A stretch of 64,000 bases of DNA from Waddliaceae bacterium (GTDB lineage Bacteria; Chlamydiota; Chlamydiia; Chlamydiales; JABHNK01). The DNA is taken from positions 65,232 to 129,231 of the forward strand of contig JABHNK010000055.1 of NCBI GenBank assembly GCA_018694295.1, in the 5' to 3' direction. The notes under the pieces were generated by a model. The model searched no databases, was not told the DNA's origin, and worked only from the letters and a program-made list of their open reading frames with translations. Numbering within the stretch: the stretch's first letter is position 1; every line of letters starts with the position of its first letter. The translations under genes were made by a program, and so were the position numbers. Of the stretch, positions 1 through 8,213 are shown piece after piece.

Positions 1-178
1 AGAGAAAGAAAACAATTTAGCTGGGGAATTCTCCCCCAGCCCCCCATTTTTGAAAGGTGGTCTGTAAATGGTAAACGGTGAACTTTTTAAAATCCTCGGG
101 GTTCTAGGGGTGAAACCCCTAGCCCGCCTACTGTTCTCTCTGTGTCCTCTGTGTCTCTGTGGTGAAAAATCCTATTCC
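1..178. repeat. Window-truncated copy of a dispersed MITE-like intergenic element (right half with ctctgtg words and ggtgaaaaatcctattcc end)
   Basis: Aligns by eye with 39894..40045 and partly with 13275..13363. Shared blocks: gggttctcccc..ccccc, cggrgttctaggggtraaacc, ttctctctgt, ccgtgg/ctgtgg words, ggtgaaaaatcct. Contains heptamer run gtaaatg/gtaaacg/gtgaact at 64..84 and hairpin ctagggg-tgaaa-cccctag at 104..122. Confidence 0.6.
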
Positions 179-181
179 GAA

Positions 182-210
182 ATTCTTCTATCCGCTATTT
201 ATGGTAGAAT
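182..210 (+). promoter_or_regulatory. Possible extended -10 promoter for the pelA-like gene
   Basis: tgGTAGAAT (TG at 202..203, tagaat at 205..210), about 58 nt upstream of the ATG at 268. The -35 region is weak. Confidence 0.3.
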
Positions 211-267
211 CAACTATTACCCAAAAATGGCATGTTTTGAACCGTGCCAAAAATTAAGAGGGAAAAC

Positions 268-2439
268 ATGAAAACTACTGTCATCGCTTTATTATTATCT
301 TTTTGTGCGGCCTTTACGTTATATGCCGAGAAGGTCGAGATCCCCAGGACGATCCTTGTTTTGATAAATTCTTCCAATGACCCTTTTATTACCGAAGACT
401 ATAACGTCGTACACTTCAGTGCAGAGAGCGTCTTGAACCATCTTGGCATGAATGTCCGCTACCACGACGTCTCTAAAGGTCTACCTTCTGATGATAGTCT
501 TGACGAGATATACGGTATTCTTTCATATTTCACCGACGCCACCATGCCACGAGCAAAAGAATATTGTCTATGGGCGACAGAGCAGATCGACAATGGCAAG
601 AAGTTCGTGGTATGGCGTAATTTCGGTGCTTTCCGCGATGCCGACAGCGACGAGGAAACTTCCAAGGACTTGGTTGCTCTATTTTTCAGGAAGCTCGGCC
701 TTGAATACCTTGAGAATTGGAGCGACTCCCCTTTTCTCATCGACATCGTCGAGAAAGACGATACTATGATGGACTTCGAGAATTCCATCGAAGGCACCGT
801 CGAATTATATGAGCAGTTTCTTTCTGCAGATGCCGAAAACAAAGTATATCTCAGGCTGAACCGTTCTGACCTCGACTTTGGTGACAGTGACGCTATCGTG
901 ACGACGCCATCTGGTGGTTTTATCATGGACGGGTGTGGGCTTTTCATCAACTACATCGACAAGCGCATGCGTTGGTATATCGACCCTTTTAAATTTTTCA
1001 GCGAAGCTTTTGTCATAGAGGAGATCCCTTCTTACGATACAACTACTCTCTTTGGCAAAAGGATATTATATTCTCATATCGACGGCGACGGCATGAGGAA
1101 TATCTCTTTAGAAGACAAAAAGACGCCCTCTGGAAACATTATCTTCGAAGAGATCCTCAAGAAATATTCTCTGCCGATATCGGTATCGTTTATAACGGCA
1201 GAAACCAACGCCCGTTATCTCGGCAGTGCCAAAACAGAGTCACTCGCTAGGGAGATTCTTAAGTTCGACAACATCGAAGGCGGCATCCATGGATTCGCAC
1301 ACCCTCTCGACTGGTACAAAAAAATAGTATATTTCCCTATCAACAACTACTCGAAAAAAATCTACAACATACAAGAACTCGAGCTCGAAAACTCCGAGTC
1401 GTCTTATCTTTCGGGAGCTCGCGCTACTGTCGGGTGGAAGGAATACTTGGAAGCTGAGACCTTAGAAGCAGCGGAATACGTAAACGAAAACCTTATGCCT
1501 CCAGGAAAGCGCGTCGCTATAAACATGTGGACAGGAAACTGTAGGGCCCCTGCCGATGCTATCGCTATCGTTGATTCTATGGGCATAGCAAACATAAATG
1601 GCGGAGACACACGTTTCGACAGAGCAAACCCTTCGTATACCGGCGTTGCCGCTCTGACACGGCAAGATAAAGGTATGGTACAGTTCCAGACGAGCAACTC
1701 CAATGAGAACATATATACCAACGACTGGACGGGACCTTTTGATGGTTTCTCCTATGTCATCGAGAGCTTCATCCAGAGCGAATACCCTACTCTCGTCGCC
1801 TCCAAGCCTCGCAGAGTTCTGCCAATGAATATATACTATCATTTCTATAGCGGTGAGAGGGAAGACTCCGTACGTGCAACGAAAGAAGCATACGATTATG
1901 CTCTTTCTCAAGACGTCATACCAATTTTCGCCTCGGAATATGTTAAAGCGGCGCGCGGTTTCGTCGAAGGCAAGACTTTCATCCGCGATGACGACTCCTG
2001 GGAATTCCGCGACTATGGTCATTGCAGGACGATACGCCTTAATAGTAATACTATCTTCCCTGACATGGCACGTTCTGAGAACGTCTTAGGCTTTGTCGTA
2101 TGGGAAAGCTACTGCTACATCCATCTGTCTGAGGGTGATAGTGCCGTTCTATATCTTTCTAATAGCGCTCCAAAAGTTCCATTGTTAGAAAGCTCTTCGG
2201 CGATAGTCTATAATTGTAAGATATCGAAGGGAGATATATCTTTCGAGTCCCGAACCTTCCGCGAAGAAGAGTATACTTTCGTTAATATGGGGCGTTATTC
2301 GAAATATGACGTTACCATGAAGCTTCTTGGCAGCGATGATATTTTCTATAGCAAGAAGATAAAATCTGACAAGAAAGGAAAGCTTATTGTTCGCGCTCCG
2401 AAGTCGGAGGCTTTTTCTATAAAAGTCCTCTTGAAATAA
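268..2439 (+). CDS. Secreted polysaccharide deacetylase, PelA-like by position (CE4-type metal-site motifs)
   Basis: The track ORF 244..2439 starts on GTG. The ATG at 268 has a GAGGG RBS and opens a signal peptide (MKTTVIALLLSFCAAFTLYA). It has a CE4-like motif 1 (SHIDGDG, nt 1075..1092) and motif 2 (H-x3-H, IHGFAHP, nt 1288..1302). It is the first gene of a pel-type cluster. No GH166-like hydrolase motifs were recognised. Confidence 0.5.
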   Translation: MKTTVIALLLSFCAAFTLYAEKVEIPRTILVLINSSNDPFITEDYNVVHFSAESVLNHLGMNVRYHDVSKGLPSDDSLDEIYGILSYFTDATMPRAKEYCLWATEQIDNGKKFVVWRNFGAFRDADSDEETSKDLVALFFRKLGLEYLENWSDSPFLIDIVEKDDTMMDFENSIEGTVELYEQFLSADAENKVYLRLNRSDLDFGDSDAIVTTPSGGFIMDGCGLFINYIDKRMRWYIDPFKFFSEAFVIEEIPSYDTTTLFGKRILYSHIDGDGMRNISLEDKKTPSGNIIFEEILKKYSLPISVSFITAETNARYLGSAKTESLAREILKFDNIEGGIHGFAHPLDWYKKIVYFPINNYSKKIYNIQELELENSESSYLSGARATVGWKEYLEAETLEAAEYVNENLMPPGKRVAINMWTGNCRAPADAIAIVDSMGIANINGGDTRFDRANPSYTGVAALTRQDKGMVQFQTSNSNENIYTNDWTGPFDGFSYVIESFIQSEYPTLVASKPRRVLPMNIYYHFYSGEREDSVRATKEAYDYALSQDVIPIFASEYVKAARGFVEGKTFIRDDDSWEFRDYGHCRTIRLNSNTIFPDMARSENVLGFVVWESYCYIHLSEGDSAVLYLSNSAPKVPLLESSSAIVYNCKISKGDISFESRTFREEEYTFVNMGRYSKYDVTMKLLGSDDIFYSKKIKSDKKGKLIVRAPKSEAFSIKVLLK

Positions 2440-2440
2440 G

Positions 2441-2531
2441 ACCACGGAACCTTTTCAATGATCAATGTAAAAAAACTCACTTTTATTGATAATTGATAAC
2501 TGATAACTGATAATTGAAAAGGTTCCGTGGT
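2441..2531. repeat. 91-nt palindromic intergenic element with a heptamer core (second copy at 16812..16923)
   Basis: Arms accacggaaccttttcaat / attgaaaaggttccgtggt enclose tgataat-tgataac-tgataac-tgataat-tga (2487..2517). It starts 2 nt after the pelA-like stop and probably acts as a hairpin terminator. Confidence 0.75.
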
Positions 2532-2580
2532 AGTATATTCTTAAGGTGCTGCTTTATTTCCTCTTTCAAATATTAAAAAA

Positions 2581-2610
2581 ATAACATACATTACGAGTAA
2601 TGTATGTTAT
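2581..2610. promoter_or_regulatory. Perfect 14+14 bp palindrome upstream of the pelB-like gene (candidate operator or RNA hairpin)
   Basis: ataacatacattac-ga-gtaatgtatgttat ends 24 nt before the ATG at 2634. No other copy was seen in the window. Confidence 0.35.
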
Positions 2611-2633
2611 AAGCAAATGACCTAAAGGAAAAC

Positions 2634-5285
2634 ATGGGAATACCGTGGTGGAAATCAGCACTGTTTTTTATGGCGATCTTATTATTAAGTATCGCGATAT
2701 TCCCTACTGGCCGTCAGCTTGGCAAGTTTTATCACTACAGCAAGAACTTCGACGATGCTGATTTATATCTTTCTAGCCGCTATGATCGTGATCCTTCCGA
2801 CGAAGGAAATTCTCAGCGATATCTTTCTTCTCTTTTATTTTTCAAAGATTTCGATAAGTTTGAGGAAATCAGCGACGAGCTTTTAACCGTCATCCCCGAA
2901 AGCTTCTTGCTACACGAAGTTGTTGCTCGCTATCATGAAGAGCGCATGCGCTACCAGGAGGCCAGCTTTCATTGGGATAAGATGCTGGAGCTTATGCCTA
3001 TAGACGCCAACGTCCGCGACAAACTAGTATCATATTACAGTATAAACCAGCAATATGACAAACTTATAAAGGTCTATGAGCGTGACATTAGCGTCGCAGC
3101 AAACAACCTCGACAGCTACTATTCTTTGGCGCTTTTATATTCGTTACGTCACGACATTACTAATGCTAAGCGTATATATTCTAAGATAATAGAAGACTTC
3201 CCTTATGAAAGAAAATCCAAGATACGCCTTGCTCAGCTTCATGAATATTCTGGTGACGTTGCTCTTGCTATATCGTTATATCGTAGAGTTTCTGAAGAAA
3301 ACCCCGAAGACAGAAGTGCGATGGTCGCTCTTGGCAACAAGCTATTGTCGTATTCTGAAGTCGACGGTTTTATGTCTTTCTTAGAACGCTTCCAGGGAAA
3401 ATATCCCGGCGATACTCTTTACTATGACGAGCAAGCGTCGCTATATCTTGGTATAAAGGACCGTATTAACGCTATTGCTTTGATAGAAAAAGAATACCTT
3501 CGTTCTCCCGATAATCTTGCGTTATTATTTTCTATGGGTGAGCTTTACTTCGAGATAAAAGACTACAGCAAAGCTCTCGACATCCTAGAAAAATACAATT
3601 CGAAGACAACAAAGGACGACTATCGTTCTTACCATCTTCTTGGCGATGTTTTTGCTGCTGTTGGTGACAAAGCATCTAGCGTCAATGCCTATGAGCATGC
3701 TTTTGAGCTTGTGGAATATAATGTTCCACAAGATTCTTTCTCCGATGATATCGTCAATGAAAAGTCCTACACAAAAAAGCTTTCTCTTTACGAAGAATAC
3801 CGCAGTCGTTTCCCGGAAAAGGCTGCCCCTGAAGCAGAGGTCTCTTATGCTGTAGCCGTCCAGGAGGCTTTTCCTTTAGAAGATGTAGTATCACGCACTG
3901 TTGATATGGAGATCGCAGAAGTATGGATTCTGTGGAAGCTTGGTCGCCATGATGAAGCCATCGCCAAAAGCGATGAACTTTCAAAGCAGCACCCCAATAA
4001 TACTGAGCTGACATATTTCTTGATAAACTCATATTTCGAGCGAAATATGACGGCGAAAGCCCGCAAGCTTTATGATGTCCTAGAGATGAAAGGCCCCTAC
4101 GACGCCAATCTTAAAGAGTTGAAGTTCTCTCTTCTTATTCAAGAAGGTCGTTGGTCCGAGGCTTATGCTCTCTCTGAAGAGTTTCTAGTAGAAAGCCCTT
4201 TCAATGACTACAGCGAAGATCGCGTTTATATTCTTACGAAGATGAAGCGCTGGCGCGAAGCCAAAAATATCTACGAGGAAAAGATCGCCGCTCGGGATGC
4301 CGCTGGGGCTCCTCACAACGACCGCTACATTTGGGATGCTCGTTCTGCCATAGAAGAGGGCTCTGACCTTTTATGGAGCGACGTTATATACGAACACGAT
4401 AGCAACACAGAACGGCACTATACCATAGAAGCAGGATGTCGTAGTTGGCTTTCAGAGTCTTTACGATTATCGGCTGTTGCCGCTAGAGAATACCACAAAC
4501 GTGATGAAGAAGAAAACCCTGTTGCTTCTGCCGTCAGCGATAATGTTTCTTCTATTACATTGCGTGCGGAGAAATTTTTAAACTACAGCTTCACTGCAGA
4601 AGGTCACGTTTCCTTGCCATCTTATGGTGATGAGACCTTCCCTGAGTTTGGCGTTAAGGCTCTATATAATAGGACTCGTTTTTATGACTTGGAGTCATAT
4701 ATTTCCTATACCCACGACCGTCTAAGCCGCGACCTCGACAAGCTCCCTATAGAGATGCAATACAACACTCTAGAGGCCTTCGGCAAGGTGTATCCCAATA
4801 ACATCCTTTCACTAGACTATCTTTTCCGCAGTGAGTGGTATCATTTACCTGGGAAATATAATACCGTCAATGGCAACTCTTCTTTAGGCTACAAAATATG
4901 GAACGAAGTAGAGCTTGGTATATTGCTTATGAATCGTCCTTCGTGGAATTTGTCTTTGATAAACCATGTATATCAATCGCATTGGGTAAAGCCTTTCGAC
5001 GAGGCCGGCCAGGTCGTTGATTTGGGCGAGAAGGAAAAGGCGTGGTATGGCGGGTTGTATGGCGAGTTTTTTGTTAAGACGCTATCGCGAACGTCGTGGA
5101 GTTTATATAGAAAACACAATTCCTCCAAGGGTTTCTACTCCACGCTTTTTGCTATGTCTTCGGAGTTCTGGGTCCGCGACGATGCTGTCTTAACGATATC
5201 TTTAGACCACAAATACAAAGACGACACTGCTGACATCCGCACCGTCTCTAACGATATAACGGCGAATTTTAAGGTGTTACTATAA
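2634..5285 (+). CDS. pelB: PelB-like TPR scaffold fused to a C-terminal outer-membrane beta-barrel
   Basis: 883 aa. It has an N-terminal TM anchor (WWKSALFFMAILLLSIAIF) and about 550 aa of TPR-like helical repeats. The C-terminal ~300 aa is rich in alternating aromatic and polar residues, typical of a porin. Its position is second in the pel-type cluster. The assignment rests on architecture and synteny. Confidence 0.6.
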   Translation: MGIPWWKSALFFMAILLLSIAIFPTGRQLGKFYHYSKNFDDADLYLSSRYDRDPSDEGNSQRYLSSLLFFKDFDKFEEISDELLTVIPESFLLHEVVARYHEERMRYQEASFHWDKMLELMPIDANVRDKLVSYYSINQQYDKLIKVYERDISVAANNLDSYYSLALLYSLRHDITNAKRIYSKIIEDFPYERKSKIRLAQLHEYSGDVALAISLYRRVSEENPEDRSAMVALGNKLLSYSEVDGFMSFLERFQGKYPGDTLYYDEQASLYLGIKDRINAIALIEKEYLRSPDNLALLFSMGELYFEIKDYSKALDILEKYNSKTTKDDYRSYHLLGDVFAAVGDKASSVNAYEHAFELVEYNVPQDSFSDDIVNEKSYTKKLSLYEEYRSRFPEKAAPEAEVSYAVAVQEAFPLEDVVSRTVDMEIAEVWILWKLGRHDEAIAKSDELSKQHPNNTELTYFLINSYFERNMTAKARKLYDVLEMKGPYDANLKELKFSLLIQEGRWSEAYALSEEFLVESPFNDYSEDRVYILTKMKRWREAKNIYEEKIAARDAAGAPHNDRYIWDARSAIEEGSDLLWSDVIYEHDSNTERHYTIEAGCRSWLSESLRLSAVAAREYHKRDEEENPVASAVSDNVSSITLRAEKFLNYSFTAEGHVSLPSYGDETFPEFGVKALYNRTRFYDLESYISYTHDRLSRDLDKLPIEMQYNTLEAFGKVYPNNILSLDYLFRSEWYHLPGKYNTVNGNSSLGYKIWNEVELGILLMNRPSWNLSLINHVYQSHWVKPFDEAGQVVDLGEKEKAWYGGLYGEFFVKTLSRTSWSLYRKHNSSKGFYSTLFAMSSEFWVRDDAVLTISLDHKYKDDTADIRTVSNDITANFKVLL

Positions 5286-5286
5286 A

Positions 5287-5676
5287 ATGAAAAAGAAGAA
5301 ACACAAAATCCTTATCCTCGACGGCGACAAGGCCACGCTCAAGATCATAGCGAAGTATTTATCGTGGAATGGTTTTTCTGTAGATACTATGAATGATGCA
5401 GAAGAAGTATTGTCGCGTATTGAGAAGAAAAAATACTCTCTTGTCATCTGTGACGAGCTCCTTGCTCCCGACAATGGGTATGCTTTGTGTGAAAAGATAA
5501 GAGGCCATAGCAAAGAGGTCGTGTCTGCGGTAAATATCATCATCATTGCCGCCGAAGACCCCGACATTGAAAAGTATGCCACTTTAAAACGTTGCAATGC
5601 TTTCTTCTTAAACAAATATGCAAGCCCAGGAAGGTGGCTTAGCAAGATAAAACTTATCATTGGAGACGACCAATAA
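5287..5676 (+). CDS. Stand-alone response-regulator receiver (REC) domain protein
   Basis: 129 aa. Acidic pocket ILILDGD, phospho-acceptor context SLVICD (Asp56, nt 5452..5454), and a conserved Lys in FLNKY. It starts 2 nt after the pelB stop, and its stop overlaps the next start (TAATG at 5674..5678). Confidence 0.7.
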   Translation: MKKKKHKILILDGDKATLKIIAKYLSWNGFSVDTMNDAEEVLSRIEKKKYSLVICDELLAPDNGYALCEKIRGHSKEVVSAVNIIIIAAEDPDIEKYATLKRCNAFFLNKYASPGRWLSKIKLIIGDDQ

Positions 5677-7097
5677 TGCTAAAGAAAAAACCTTACATCA
5701 TAGAGACTATCGTCGCCTTTATCCTATACGACATCGTCAACTACCTGCTATTCCGTGGAGACCTCGGCTTCAGGGAAGTATACTGGCATCCTTATTGGGT
5801 CGTCGTCCTTCTTATGCCTTCGCGTTATGGCTTCTCTGCAGGCGTCTTCGCCAGTATCGTCGCGATATTTCATGTGTTCTTCATAAACATCGGATATGTA
5901 TCTTCTATGACGGAATTTCAGGAGCTCGTAGAAAAAGTTGGCGCTGTGCTACCTCTTGCTTTCATCACCGTCGGGATGACCTTGGGAGCGCTGAGACAGA
6001 AATACAAGAACCAGGAAGAGAAGAGAGCGGAGATTATAGAGAAACAAAAAAACGATATGCTTCGTGTGCAGGACGACCTCGACAGGGCGGTAAAGGTCCG
6101 CGACGCTTTAGAGAAAAAGATCGTAGGAGAGACTTCTACTATAATGACGATGTACGAGATCTCAAAAAAATTCGGGTCTTTGAAAGTCGAAGACATATAT
6201 TCCGGATGTCTTGATATCCTCGAGAATCTTTTTCAAGTTGATGTCTCTTCTTTATATATCATAGAAGGCGGCTATTATGTCCTCAAAGCCTCACGCAACT
6301 GGGCAGAAAGCTCTGAAGTCGAAGGGAAGATAAAGCTCGACGGCAGCATCATGGATCTTGCCAGGAAAAAGAACGGCATCGTCACGGCGAAAGACATCGT
6401 CTCCGACAAAGACTCCCAGAAATACTTCTCGGAATACAGCAAGCTTTTAGCGATGTTCCCGATACGCAATGTCGAAGGAGAATTTATCGGAGCAGTAAAC
6501 ATCGAGAAGATGAGCTTTATACTGTTCAACGCCACGAACATAAACCTCATGGAAGTCATCGTCAACTGGATGAGTTCTTCCTTACAAGCTTTGATGACAA
6601 ACGAAGCTTTACAGGGACAACTTCCTTGGGACAAGGAATACAAGGTGTGTCACCACTCGTATTTCGACAATATCCTCGAACATGAATTCCTTCGCGCCAA
6701 AGAGCACGGCTTCAAGCTTACCGTCTCTTTAATAAAGATCGAAAAATTCGGGTTTCTAAACAAAGAATCCCAGCGTCTAACATTAAACTCCCTGATAGCG
6801 CTGTTAAAGCGTCATATGGGAAACCTCGACATTATCTTCCACTATAAATTCGATGGCACCATAGCAATAATATCTCCGATGAAAGACGGCAAGACAACAA
6901 CTTCCGATATCGGAAAGGTGGTAAAAGGGTGGAAAAAAGTCAGCGCTACCGGAGAAAAAGATTCTGTACATACAGAGCTAGTATTTTCTACATCAGCGCT
7001 TACAAAGAAGATGAAAGATCATTCTGCGTTGTTAAAGCCTGCTCTAGCGGGATGTAAGCTTAGTAAGCCTTCATTTGCCTCAAAAAAAAAGAAGTAA
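5676..7097 (+). CDS. pelD: PelD-like inner-membrane protein (TM region, coiled coil, GAF-like domain, degenerate GGDEF domain)
   Basis: 473 aa. The N-terminus has about 4 TM helices. The middle region is GAF-like (SLYIIEGGYYVLKASRNW). The C-terminal domain aligns to GGDEF but is degenerate (KFDGT in place of GGDEF). The RxxD I-site position reads GNLD (nt 6819..6830). Confidence 0.6.
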   Translation: MLKKKPYIIETIVAFILYDIVNYLLFRGDLGFREVYWHPYWVVVLLMPSRYGFSAGVFASIVAIFHVFFINIGYVSSMTEFQELVEKVGAVLPLAFITVGMTLGALRQKYKNQEEKRAEIIEKQKNDMLRVQDDLDRAVKVRDALEKKIVGETSTIMTMYEISKKFGSLKVEDIYSGCLDILENLFQVDVSSLYIIEGGYYVLKASRNWAESSEVEGKIKLDGSIMDLARKKNGIVTAKDIVSDKDSQKYFSEYSKLLAMFPIRNVEGEFIGAVNIEKMSFILFNATNINLMEVIVNWMSSSLQALMTNEALQGQLPWDKEYKVCHHSYFDNILEHEFLRAKEHGFKLTVSLIKIEKFGFLNKESQRLTLNSLIALLKRHMGNLDIIFHYKFDGTIAIISPMKDGKTTTSDIGKVVKGWKKVSATGEKDSVHTELVFSTSALTKKMKDHSALLKPALAGCKLSKPSFASKKKK

Positions 7098-7100
7098 AAA

Positions 7101-8213
7101 ATGGAAAACAACAAACGTAACATCTTACTACTTTCAATGATGATTGCAGGCCTTTCATCGGAAGCCTCCCTGCTTCCGATGTTCTGGTATGATATAAGCA
7201 TCGTGGCTCTCTGCGTCGTACATATATTTGCGTGTACACTTTTATCTATAACGCTATATTTTTGGAACCTTGAAGAGCGCAGCTTCGAGCATCCTTTGGC
7301 TTTCTATGGGCTACTTTTGATGATAACATTCCCCGTCTTCGGGTTGCTGGCTTTGTCGTTGTTATTCGTCACAGCGGGATGGTTTCGCGAGAAGATGGTG
7401 ATGGGCTCCTACAACGACTACAAAGAGCACATCACAAAAAAAGGCATAAACATCGACGTCTCCAAAGGGCATATCGAAGGTCTTCGCGATATAAGAAGCG
7501 AGATAAGCTTCGACTCATTCATCGACGTCATCAAAGGTGAAGATTCCAAGAAAAAATCACAGGTAGTCAACAAACTCTCCGAAGACGTCTCCAAGGAAAA
7601 CATCTCTCTCCTTAAAGAGGCTTTAAACGACGCATCGCAGGACGTACGCTTCTATGCCGCTGATGCCCTGATGAAAGTCGAAGGGAATATCAACAACGAG
7701 ATCGCCGTCGCAGAACATATGGCTCAGCATCGCGGTGGCTCTTATGCTGCTGGTGCTATGATAAAACTCGAAGACAAGATCGGCAACGAGATCGCCATCG
7801 CCAAGATGATGACACAGCGTCGTGGTATGATGAAAGACTTCCTACGTCTTGGCGACATATACCAAGACTATGCTTTCAGTGGTCTTCTGGAGAAAAACTC
7901 CCAGAAGCATTATTTCTCTCTAAGCTGCGAAGAGTACCAGAAGGCTTTGGATATCGAGACGGGACAGCCGAAAGTTATGTTACGATATATCCACAGCCTT
8001 CTACAGCTAGGAGAGCATAAGCATTCGCAGAAAATGCTGAAACAGCTTTCGAAGATATGGAAGACGAACAATGACATACACTTCCTCAGTGCTTCGATGG
8101 CATTCTATCTTAATAAGTTCGGCGACATAAAAAAACATCTAGAAAAGATCGTCCTCGAAGATCTCGACGACGAAAAAATAGAGACGGTGAAATTTTGGCT
8201 ACAAAAGACATAG
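7101..8213 (+). CDS. PelE-like membrane protein with a helical-repeat (TPR/HEAT-like) cytoplasmic domain
   Basis: 370 aa. It has N-terminal TM helices, then helical repeats (DVRFYAADALMKVEG; YQKALDIETGQPKVMLRYIHSLLQLGEH). It occupies the pelE position. The assignment is by topology and synteny only. Confidence 0.45.
   Translation: MENNKRNILLLSMMIAGLSSEASLLPMFWYDISIVALCVVHIFACTLLSITLYFWNLEERSFEHPLAFYGLLLMITFPVFGLLALSLLFVTAGWFREKMVMGSYNDYKEHITKKGINIDVSKGHIEGLRDIRSEISFDSFIDVIKGEDSKKKSQVVNKLSEDVSKENISLLKEALNDASQDVRFYAADALMKVEGNINNEIAVAEHMAQHRGGSYAAGAMIKLEDKIGNEIAIAKMMTQRRGMMKDFLRLGDIYQDYAFSGLLEKNSQKHYFSLSCEEYQKALDIETGQPKVMLRYIHSLLQLGEHKHSQKMLKQLSKIWKTNNDIHFLSASMAFYLNKFGDIKKHLEKIVLEDLDDEKIETVKFWLQKT

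Noticed and set aside
68-271. 67-aa ORF upstream of the pelA-like gene
   Set aside because: It runs through the dispersed repeat element (ctctgtg words, hairpins). The equivalent repeat copies elsewhere are not in frame or not open.
5660-6214. 184-aa Arg-rich ORF in an alternative frame over the start of the pelD-like gene
   Set aside because: It lies entirely inside a better-supported CDS, has low-complexity Arg/Ser-rich composition and no RBS. It is a frame artefact.
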